This document shows, one piece after another, positions 9,882 through 17,494 of a stretch of 64,000 bases of DNA (the stretch's first letter is position 1; each line of letters opens with the position of its first letter). Source of the DNA: an uncultured Bacilli bacterium (GTDB lineage Bacteria > Bacillota_I > Bacilli_A > RF39 > UBA660). The position numbers and the translations under genes are program-made. Location: the NCBI GenBank assembly GCA_934102255.1, contig CAKOSN010000002.1, positions 14,088-78,087 on the forward strand. The letters are read 5' to 3'. The notes beneath the pieces are model-generated. The model saw only the letters and a program-made list of their open reading frames with translations. It was not told the DNA's origin and did no database searches.

Positions 9882-10784
9882 ATGCAGGATAATAAGAATA
9901 ATAAAGAGTATCTAAATGATAATTATATAAAAAAATATATTGATTACATAGAGTATGAAAAAAGACTTAGTAGCAATACTATTTTATCTTATTTAAATGA
10001 TATTGAAAGTCTATATAATTATGATAAAAATTATTATAGGTTTAAAGAAAATGATATAAATAAATATTTAGGTACTTTAGACTATTTAGATAGTAGAAGT
10101 TTAGCTCATTCTATAACGGTTTTAAGGTCGCTATATGGCTTTTTAACTAAGGAAGGTATAATAGCTAATCCATGTAAAAACATTGCTATGCCAAAATTAG
10201 AGGCTGATTTACCAGGATATTTAACGATTGATGAGGTAAATAAATTATTAGAAATAGATTTGAAAAAACCAAATGATTATCGAAATAAGGCAATGTTAGA
10301 ATTAGATTTTGCTACGGGCTTGCGTGTTAGTGAACTTGTCAATTTAAAAGTAAGTGATATTAATTTTTCAGATTGTTATTTAAGAGTTATAGGGAAGGGG
10401 AAGAAGGAAAGAATTGTTCCTATCGATGATACGGCTTTAAAATATGTTAAAATATATATTGAATATTACCGAAATAGTTTATTAAAAAATAAAGATAGCG
10501 AGTATTTATTTATTTCTAGTTATGGTACTAAAATTACTAGACAAGCTTTCTTTAAATTAATAAAAAGTGAATGTGAAAAAAAGGGAATCAAAAAAGAAAT
10601 ATCTCCCCATACTTTAAGACATACTTTTGCCTCAGTTTTATTAAAAAATGGCGCTAATATCCGAGTTATTCAAGAATTACTAGGTCATGAAGATTTAAAA
10701 ACAACTCAGATATATACTCATTTAATCAATGAAAAGTTAAAAAAAGACTACGAAGAATATCATCCTCGTAGCCATAAGGAATAG
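9882..10784 (+). CDS. xerD: Site-specific tyrosine recombinase, XerD/XerC family
   Basis: 300 aa. N-terminal SAM-like domain, a catalytic region with ATGLRVSEL and HTLRHTFAS, and LLGHEDLKTTQIYTHL (R-H-R-Y set). XerD versus XerC cannot be resolved by eye. Confidence 0.8.
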   Translation: MQDNKNNKEYLNDNYIKKYIDYIEYEKRLSSNTILSYLNDIESLYNYDKNYYRFKENDINKYLGTLDYLDSRSLAHSITVLRSLYGFLTKEGIIANPCKNIAMPKLEADLPGYLTIDEVNKLLEIDLKKPNDYRNKAMLELDFATGLRVSELVNLKVSDINFSDCYLRVIGKGKKERIVPIDDTALKYVKIYIEYYRNSLLKNKDSEYLFISSYGTKITRQAFFKLIKSECEKKGIKKEISPHTLRHTFASVLLKNGANIRVIQELLGHEDLKTTQIYTHLINEKLKKDYEEYHPRSHKE

Positions 10785-10790
10785 AGCTAT

Positions 10791-10946
10791 CTTAAATTAA
10801 ATTTCATCATTTAATTCATTGGCTCTAGCATGACATTTGCTATTATTTTTAGCACAGTTATGACACTTAGAATTTCTAGCTTTAGCTTTGGCATTATTCT
10901 TAGCGTTATTACGTGCATTACATCTAGCATTGTTTTTTGAATTCAT
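10791..10946 (-). CDS. Small (51 aa) basic Asn/Lys/Ala-rich protein with 4 Cys and 2 His. Not in the supplied ORF track.
   Basis: Hand translation: MNSKNNARCNARNNAKNNAKAKARNSKCHNCAKNNSKCHARANELNDEILI. Consensus SD AGGAGG lies 6 nt upstream of the ATG (10944-10946). It is convergent with xerD and divergent from zupT. Confidence 0.45.
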
Positions 10947-10975
10947 TTTGACCTCCTAATTATATTGTTGCCATA

Positions 10976-11016
10976 TTGTCTTATTTCATACCAGAATTAT
11001 AATGGTAATTTCTGGT
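10976..11016 (+). promoter_or_regulatory. Predicted zupT promoter with an inverted repeat (candidate operator) bracketing the -10 box
   Basis: TTGTCT (10976-10981), 16-nt spacer, TATAAT (10998-11003). The inverted repeat ACCAGAATT...AATTTCTGGT (10990-11016) is centred on the -10. Confidence 0.3.
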
Positions 11017-11048
11017 TTCTTTTTTGCATAAAATTAGTGTGATTTATT

Positions 11049-11771
11049 ATGGAAACAAAAACGGCAATTTTATTATCAATTTTAGCTGGTGGTGCGACTA
11101 ATCTAGGAGTTCTTTTTACTTATTTTAAGAAGGATAGGGTAAGGGAAGTTATTAGTGTTAGTCTTTCTTTTGCTTTTGGGGTAATGAGCCTTATTAGTTT
11201 TAAGGAGCTATTACCATTACCTATTAAATATTTTATTAAAAATTTAAATATAGGTGTTGCTTTATTAATTATTTTTTTAATACCAGTTTTAGCTTTTATG
11301 ATACTTAAAATTTCTAAAATTAATATAAAGAAGGGGAGTAATCTTTATAAAATAGGTATTTTAAATATGTTAATTCTATTTTTACATAATCTGCCGGAAG
11401 GTATTGCAGTTTTTACTTCTAGTGTTGCTAGTCAAAAATTAGGATTAAAGATTGCTTTATCGATTGGTGCTCATAATTTACCAGAAGGTATATGTATAGC
11501 GGTACCTATTTATTACAGTACTGGTGATAGAAGAAAAGCTTTTTTCTATACTTTTTTATCAGGAGTTGCTGAACCAATCGGAGCTATTATTACTTGGCTT
11601 TTTCTCAAACCATTTATCAGCATTTGTTTTCTTAATGTAACTTTGTATTTTGTTGGTTGTTTAATGTTAACAATAGCTATTTTAGAGATTTTGCCAGAAG
11701 TTTTAAGCTATAAAAGATATTTTTATATTTTAATTGGTTTATTATTATCTTTATTTATATTATTTTTATAA
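11049..11771 (+). CDS. zupT: ZIP-family zinc/metal transporter
   Basis: 240 aa, about 8 TM segments, duplicated HNLPEG motifs (LHNLPEGIAVF, AHNLPEGICIAVP) characteristic of ZupT/ZIP. Confidence 0.8.
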   Translation: METKTAILLSILAGGATNLGVLFTYFKKDRVREVISVSLSFAFGVMSLISFKELLPLPIKYFIKNLNIGVALLIIFLIPVLAFMILKISKINIKKGSNLYKIGILNMLILFLHNLPEGIAVFTSSVASQKLGLKIALSIGAHNLPEGICIAVPIYYSTGDRRKAFFYTFLSGVAEPIGAIITWLFLKPFISICFLNVTLYFVGCLMLTIAILEILPEVLSYKRYFYILIGLLLSLFILFL

Positions 11772-11883
11772 ATTAAATTAAGTTAATAAAATATAACATG
11801 GTGATATTATTAAGAGAATAGTATAGGATTATAACTAATTAAAATTATATTTATACTGTATTAAAATCTTCTTAAAATATAAA

Positions 11884-11911
11884 TGTTAACATAATATATA
11901 TTATGTGCAGT
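11884..11911. other. dif: Candidate dif (XerCD recombination) site
   Basis: The minus-strand reading is ACTGCACATAA-TATATA-TTATGTTAACA. By my recollection it matches B. subtilis dif (ACTTCCTAGAA-TATATA-TTATGTAAACT) and E. coli dif (GGTGCGCATAA-TGTATA-TTATGTTAAAT) at 22/28 positions each. It lies in the non-coding gap where gene orientation switches from + to -. Confidence 0.5.
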
Positions 11912-12439
11912 TTAATATTTTTAATTAATTTTCTTAATTTATCTGATTAATATAAGATTTCTAAATTGAAGTTATTTAATTAAAACTTAGATTATTTATT
12001 ATGTATAATGTTTAATGATAAATGTTTAAATGTTTATTAGATAATCATATTAGTTTAAATTAATTTTTAAAATCTAAATTATTAATTATTAATTGTTAGA
12101 TTAATTATTTAACTAAAAACTTTAATATTATAGTTAAATCAATCATGCATTATAAATTATATTATCTGTATTAAATAATTACTAAGTTAGCTAAAAATTC
12201 AAGTGAATTTTCGTGCATTGAAATTTTAAAAGATGAATGATTATTCACCTCGATGCTTGAATTTTGCAAGCTTTTTAGAGCTTAAATTATATTAAAAATA
12301 ATACTTAAGTTAATAATTATAAAATAGTAAGTTTTAAAAAAAGGTTAGCTTATAATAAAGGGTTGTATTTATTAAGAGAAAAATAAAATCCCCTTCTCTA
12401 TTAAAATAATAAAAGTAGGGGACTAATACTTAAAAAGAC

Positions 12440-13219
12440 TTAAGATTTTTTAGCTAGAATTTCTAAGATTTTTTCAATGACTTCGTTGGCATTAGAATTA
12501 TCCATTTTAGTATAATTTAATTCTTTTAAAGCTTGAATCTTTACAGTACTTAATTCTTGAGTACGAGATATTTTTTCTTCTTTTTTAGATTCGATTTCTG
12601 CAACCCAACGACGATGAGCTTCTTGAAGTTTGCTTCGAGAAGAACCACCATTATTATAAAGGTTAAGAGCGGTATGAATTATACCTTCTAAGATAAATTG
12701 CTTATCTTCTTGAAACTTGTATTCTTCAGGGTCAGTATAACCTCCAGTCTTACTCATAAAGCCAAATAAATAACGAATTTCTGGCATAGAATCAATTAAT
12801 TGCAATGTGTGATACAAATAAGTGAAAGTATAATAATTTTCATGGCGATAATTATCATCAAGTAATATTTCTTTAATTAAAGATGTTATGTCTAATAACA
12901 ATTTTTGAGAATCACTATTTAAACCCTTAGTATCAATTGAATGACTTACCTCTTCCCTAGCCTTTGTATTCTTGCTAAGTTTTGCTTCGACATTCATTAA
13001 ATAATCAGTAGTAACTTTGATTTTACCGATTTCACTTTCATCATTAATATCTAATAAGCGAAAAAGCATTATCTTTTTTTCTTTTGGCCATTTGCTTAAA
13101 TCATCTAGTTCTAAATAATTGTAAACCATTTGACGAGAAACACCAAGATATTTAGCTAATCTTACTTTTGAAATTCCTAGCTCTTGTAATAATTCATTTA
13201 ATTTTTGCACTGCTAACAA
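12440..13219 (-). CDS. XRE-type helix-turn-helix protein with an uncharacterised C-terminal domain
   Basis: The N-terminus ISKVRLAKYLGVSRQMVYNYL is a classic HTH_XRE pattern. The remaining ~190 aa are unrecognised. The start is non-ATG (TTG at 13219 or GTG at 13210). Confidence 0.6.
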   Translation of the reverse strand: MLAVQKLNELLQELGISKVRLAKYLGVSRQMVYNYLELDDLSKWPKEKKIMLFRLLDINDESEIGKIKVTTDYLMNVEAKLSKNTKAREEVSHSIDTKGLNSDSQKLLLDITSLIKEILLDDNYRHENYYTFTYLYHTLQLIDSMPEIRYLFGFMSKTGGYTDPEEYKFQEDKQFILEGIIHTALNLYNNGGSSRSKLQEAHRRWVAEIESKKEEKISRTQELSTVKIQALKELNYTKMDNSNANEVIEKILEILAKKS

Positions 13220-13228
13220 CTGCCTTTC

Positions 13229-13271
13229 GTACTTTACATATTAATTATAACATTTGTACTTTACATGTCAA
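13229..13271 (-). promoter_or_regulatory. Near-consensus sigma-A promoter with two 11-nt direct repeats (candidate operator) upstream of the HTH gene
   Basis: On the minus strand: TTGACA (13271-13266), 16-nt spacer, TGtTATAAT (13252-13244). ATGTAAAGTAC occurs twice (13266-13256 in the spacer and 13239-13229 just downstream of the -10). Confidence 0.55.
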
Positions 13272-13292
13272 CTAAAAATGTCTTAATAGAAG

Positions 13293-14399
13293 CTATAAAT
13301 ACCAAAGTTTTTGACCATTTTTGTGTACTTCTTCAATAATTCCAGAACCTAAACAAACATCGCCTTGATATAAGACGCAAGCTTGACCTGGAGTAACGGC
13401 TTTAGCCATTTTAGGATATTTAACTAAAATTTTACCGTTTTCTAAATATTCTAATGATACTTCATTGTCTTCACCACGATATCTAAATTTAGCACTGCAA
13501 TTAGCTGGTCTTTCATCAGTTAAATAATTAATATTGTCAATTAGGCAAGAATCACTCATAAGATAGTTGTTATCATCACCAAAAGCTACGTATAGGATGT
13601 TTTTAGCAACATCTTTACCACAGACATAATGGCGCTGCAAATTACCTGATATACCGACATTACGACGTTGCCCTATAGTATAGTTCATAAGACCCGTATG
13701 ACGACCAATAACTTTTTTAGTTTCGACATCAACAATGTCGCCTGGGTTAGGTTTTAAATAATTATGAATAAATTTTTGATAATTTCTTTCACCAATAAAG
13801 CAAATACCAGTTGAGTCTTTTTTATGAGCGGTTTCTAAATGCATTGCATCAGCAATTTCACGAACTTTAGGCTTTTCTAAATCACCGACTGGAAATAAAA
13901 CATTTTTTAAAGCATCACGATTTACTTGAGCTAAAAAGTAAGATTGGTCTTTATTACTATCAACGCCACGCAAAAGTTTTCCGCCTTGCATTCTAGCGTA
14001 GTGGCCCGTTGCAATATAATCAGCGCCAAGTTTTTCAGCTTCTTTAATAAATAAGTCAAACTTAATGTATTTATTGCACATTAAATCGGGATTAGGAGTT
14101 CTTCCCTTCTCTAATTCATTAAGAAAATATTTAAATACATTATCCCAGTACTCTTTAATAAAATCAACGCGATGTAGAGGAATACCTAGTTGCTCACAAA
14201 CAATTTTAGCATCATTATAATCTTGTTCTTGTGGGCAAATATTTTCACCAAAAGTTGGATTACCTTCGATATCGTTATTTAAAGCTGCATCCCAGTTACG
14301 CATAAATAAACCTATAACATTATAACCTTGTTTTTTTAAAAGATAGGCAGAAACCGAAGAATCTACTCCCCCACTCATTCCCACTACTACAGTTTTCAT
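13293..14399 (-). CDS. mnmA: tRNA 2-thiouridine(34) synthase
   Basis: PP-loop VVGMSGGVDSS, CNKYIKF, GHYAR, and a C-terminal barrel. The ATG at 14399 (MKTVVV...) is preferred over the track start because GGAAGTGG lies 8 nt upstream. Confidence 0.93.
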   Translation of the reverse strand: MKTVVVGMSGGVDSSVSAYLLKKQGYNVIGLFMRNWDAALNNDIEGNPTFGENICPQEQDYNDAKIVCEQLGIPLHRVDFIKEYWDNVFKYFLNELEKGRTPNPDLMCNKYIKFDLFIKEAEKLGADYIATGHYARMQGGKLLRGVDSNKDQSYFLAQVNRDALKNVLFPVGDLEKPKVREIADAMHLETAHKKDSTGICFIGERNYQKFIHNYLKPNPGDIVDVETKKVIGRHTGLMNYTIGQRRNVGISGNLQRHYVCGKDVAKNILYVAFGDDNNYLMSDSCLIDNINYLTDERPANCSAKFRYRGEDNEVSLEYLENGKILVKYPKMAKAVTPGQACVLYQGDVCLGSGIIEEVHKNGQKLWYL

Positions 14400-14449
14400 A
14401 CATACCACTTCCTGCAAATTATTTTATCAAATTAGCCTCATAAAGTCCA

Positions 14450-15037
14450 TCAAAATAGCCAAATTAACTTATCTATTATGAAATTAGAAAAAAGTAGCAG
14501 AACAATATCATATATAAAACAAACACTTACTAAAATAAAGATACCAATAGTTGTATTTTTGATGCTTTTTAAACTATTTTTTTCATGAGTTAACATAAAA
14601 TTGATAACATTTTTACTAATGTTTGCTCCTCTAATAATTAAGAAAATATATATTAAGCAAAATAATAAATTAGTAATTAAATTATAAATTAAGCCATAAA
14701 TAAAGCCCTTAAATCCTAGGGTAATTATAAAGATATAAAGAGTAAAACCAATAGTTATACCTTTAAATAAAATGATAATAAAATTTAAAAAATATAAAGG
14801 AACTAGAAAAGAAGTAAGAAGTAAAATAATAAAGATAAAGATATGACTAAAGATTCCATTTATCTTTTTAGATAAAAGTATATCTTTTAAACTACTAAGA
14901 CTAGTTATAACATCATTTTTAAAAATAGTATCTTGTTTGATACCTAAAATTAAACCTAAAATAATACCGATAGCTAAGATAGTTACTAGAAAAATTGCTA
15001 TGTTGCTGTGCTTTTTTATATATTTCAACGTTATCAC
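14450..15037 (-). CDS. SpoIIM-family (stage II sporulation protein M-like) membrane protein
   Basis: 195 aa with 5-6 TM segments. The LFKGITIGFTLYIFI segment resembles B. subtilis SpoIIM FLKGIVVGFTVGFLV (from memory). Confidence 0.5.
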   Translation of the reverse strand: MITLKYIKKHSNIAIFLVTILAIGIILGLILGIKQDTIFKNDVITSLSSLKDILLSKKINGIFSHIFIFIILLLTSFLVPLYFLNFIIILFKGITIGFTLYIFIITLGFKGFIYGLIYNLITNLLFCLIYIFLIIRGANISKNVINFMLTHEKNSLKSIKNTTIGIFILVSVCFIYDIVLLLFSNFIIDKLIWLF

Positions 15038-15117
15038 CTATGATAAGTATATTGGCAAGCTGAGCAATTTATGCTAAAATAATAGTAATTAGTTATTGAA
15101 AGAAGGTAAATTTAGTA

Positions 15118-15216
15118 ATGTCAAAAAAAGCCCAAAAGATAGTTGTATGGACTATGTTAATAGTAATGGTTGGAGGAATTGTTGCCTCTTACGCTGCTAT
15201 GTTCTTAAATAAATAA
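15118..15216 (+). CDS. Small (32 aa) single-TM protein. Not in the ORF track.
   Basis: MSKKAQKIVVWTMLIVMVGGIVASYAAMFLNK, with SD-like AGAAGG 8-10 nt upstream. It is followed by the hairpin AATCACTAAG/CTTAGTGATT (15223-15252), which is shared with the convergent mscL 3' end. Confidence 0.4.
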   Translation: MSKKAQKIVVWTMLIVMVGGIVASYAAMFLNK

Positions 15217-15233
15217 TAAAAGAATCACTAAGT

Positions 15234-15650
15234 TTAATTTTTCTTAGTGATTTTTTTGGTTTGCAAAGAATCTCTTATTTCTCTTAGAAGTAATACTTCT
15301 TCACTTACTTTTGGTTCTTCTTTTTTGGCATCTTTTTCTTTAGCTTCTTCTTTTTTATGGATTAAGGCGTTAATAATTTTTATAAAGATAAAAATTGAGG
15401 CGGCAATAATTAGAAAATCAATTATATTTTGAATAAAAGCACCATACATAATTTTGGCTGTACCAACGGTAATTGATAAGTTGCTAAAATCATGACCACC
15501 AATTATAACACCTATTATTGGCATCATTATATCATTAACTAGTGAGCTAACTATTTTAGAAAAAGCATTGCCCATTACAACACCAACTGCTAAGTCAATA
15601 ACATTGCCACGCATAATAAATTTTTTAAACTCTTCAATTAATTTTTTCAT
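15234..15650 (-). CDS. mscL: Large-conductance mechanosensitive channel
   Basis: 138 aa. The N-terminus [23 protein letters not shown] is the canonical MscL signature. Confidence 0.92.
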   Translation of the reverse strand: MKKLIEEFKKFIMRGNVIDLAVGVVMGNAFSKIVSSLVNDIMMPIIGVIIGGHDFSNLSITVGTAKIMYGAFIQNIIDFLIIAASIFIFIKIINALIHKKEEAKEKDAKKEEPKVSEEVLLLREIRDSLQTKKITKKN

Positions 15651-15845
15651 TTAAAACATTACTCCTTTAAACACCTATAGTTTAACATTGATTTTTAGAA
15701 ATTTAAAGTAGTAATTTTCTAATAAGATGCAAAACAGTAATTAGTTATTGTTTTAAATAGCTTTTTTACCTAAAAAGGAGAAACTATACTTTTCCTAAGC
15801 AAATTTTATACCTTATTTAAAAAGAAAAGCTTTTAAATAAGCCTT

Positions 15846-16505
15846 CTAATTATTAACTACACTATTAATATATTCTAAATATTCTTGGTTTCTGGTTTTT
15901 ATTTTGTAAAAATAGTTATCTAATTCCATAAAATTATCTAAGTATTTTTCTTTATCTTCAGCACTTATATTTTCGTTAACAAGCATACCGTCAAAACGAT
16001 TTAACATTAGCATTTTGTTTTCAACATATCTTTCGTTTATTAGGGCATTTACTAAAGTAAGTTTTAATTCTTTATTGCTTTTTAACAAATTATAAGCAGT
16101 GTAAATATTATCGAGACAAGCAAAAGCAGTTATTTCAACAGCAAAGTCTGGAGTATAATCACAAGTTATTTTATGATTTTGAACATTTAAATAATCGTCG
16201 TAACCTAAAGAAAAACTTTTATCATTAATACCAAATGATTGCATAGCATATTTACATAATATTTGAATTAAATCAGTTTCCGTTAACATTTTGGCTTTAC
16301 TGCGGCCACCTCTTCTAGCTGAAATAAACTCATATTTATCATTGTATTTTAAACCGTCTGGCAAGACGCTTATATCATCAAATAAGACAAATTTAATAGC
16401 ACTAGCAGCATTTCTAATGCCTTGAGATTCCTTAGTGCCCAAATAAATATCATCTAGCCAATTCATTTTGCAAGAAAAATCTAAATTTTTATCATCATTA
16501 ATCAT
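15846..16505 (-). CDS. Hypothetical cytoplasmic protein (219 aa), last gene of the sortase/adhesin gene string
   Basis: Long ORF on the coding-dominant strand. No recognisable motif, TM segment or signal peptide. Confidence 0.5.
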   Translation of the reverse strand: MINDDKNLDFSCKMNWLDDIYLGTKESQGIRNAASAIKFVLFDDISVLPDGLKYNDKYEFISARRGGRSKAKMLTETDLIQILCKYAMQSFGINDKSFSLGYDDYLNVQNHKITCDYTPDFAVEITAFACLDNIYTAYNLLKSNKELKLTLVNALINERYVENKMLMLNRFDGMLVNENISAEDKEKYLDNFMELDNYFYKIKTRNQEYLEYINSVVNN

Positions 16506-16583
16506 ATTATTCCTACTTTCTTTTATATCATAACATAATTTTTAAATGATGACATCTTAATCTTTTTTTCTTTTGATTTTTAG

Positions 16584-16835
16584 CTATCTTTTTAGACTTA
16601 TTTCTCTTTTAGAAATTCTTTCATCTATTTTTAGCATTTCTTCATCATAATTATCAAATTCATTTTGGCTTAAAACGCCTTTAGCATTTACATCTTTTAA
16701 TAGCTTATTAATAGTACTTAAATCTGCTTTACTCTGTCCTTTACAGTATATTTCTATATAAGCTTTTTGGGCTTTTAATTGTTCTAATATTAATTCTTTA
16801 TAACTTTTCATAATAATCACTCGGTGTAATATCAT
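16584..16835 (-). CDS. Hypothetical small helical protein (75-83 aa)
   Basis: ORF immediately downstream of the sortase gene. An alternative start lies at 16811 (MKSYKEL...). No recognisable family. Confidence 0.4.
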   Translation of the reverse strand: MILHRVIIMKSYKELILEQLKAQKAYIEIYCKGQSKADLSTINKLLKDVNAKGVLSQNEFDNYDEEMLKIDERISKREISLKR

Positions 16836-16846
16836 ATCATTTCTTG

Positions 16847-17494
16847 TTAAAGATTACTAGTATAAGTTAGTATTCCCTGATAAACAATTTGCTTATTTGT
16901 TCCTTTTAAGCAGGTTATAAGGGTTATATCATCACTGGAAGTTACTTCTAAAGTCATTGTACCATTCTTTTCTATTTCTTTTTTTCTAATAACTTTATAA
17001 GTATACTTCTTATTTTGATAGTAAAAATTGATAATATCATCTTTAGATAATTCCGGTAGTCTTTTAAAGAAAGCTATTTTATTATAGCCAGAATGGGCTG
17101 CTAAAATTATATGGCTTTTTTTACCAGTACTAGGAAATATTGTTTCTTTAACAACAAAGATGTTTTTATTAACATCGTTTTCACTACTATTAATTTCTGG
17201 CAGTTGTTGCTTTAAATTTATCTTAGGTATTTCTAGAATGCTTATAGTATTATTTACTGTTTTTGCTTCTTCAAAGCTTGTCTCTTCTTGATTATTTTGG
17301 TAATATTCTTGATTCTCTTTTTCTATATTTAAATCAACCGAGGTATGATTTCTAGTTATAATATATAGTCCATTTGATAAAATGCCAAAGCTAACTAGTA
17401 TTATTATTTTTAGCTTTTTAAGTTTTTTGTTCTTTTTATAATCCATGTTACTAAAATTATACTTTCTAGAAGAAATAATAGTTCTATATCCCAT
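16847..17494 (-). CDS. Sortase-family transpeptidase
   Basis: N-terminal TM anchor, His motif ILAAHSG, Cys motif TLITC. An alternative start at 17446 (MDYKKNKK...) would shorten the overlap with the adhesin gene from 85 to 37 nt. No Arg is present in the 20 residues after the Cys. Confidence 0.8.
   Translation of the reverse strand: MGYRTIISSRKYNFSNMDYKKNKKLKKLKIIILVSFGILSNGLYIITRNHTSVDLNIEKENQEYYQNNQEETSFEEAKTVNNTISILEIPKINLKQQLPEINSSENDVNKNIFVVKETIFPSTGKKSHIILAAHSGYNKIAFFKRLPELSKDDIINFYYQNKKYTYKVIRKKEIEKNGTMTLEVTSSDDITLITCLKGTNKQIVYQGILTYTSNL

Noticed and set aside
9882-10784. Tyrosine recombinase as a phage or ICE integrase marking a mobile element
   Set aside because: It has XerC/D length (300 aa) and motif spacing. 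There are no adjacent phage or conjugation genes, tRNA or att-like repeats. It sits 1.1 kb from a dif-like site.
11772-12439. AT-rich gene desert as a replication origin (oriC)
   Set aside because: Genes converge on the gap rather than diverging from it. No dnaA/dnaN genes are nearby, and no TTATCCACA-type DnaA boxes were seen.
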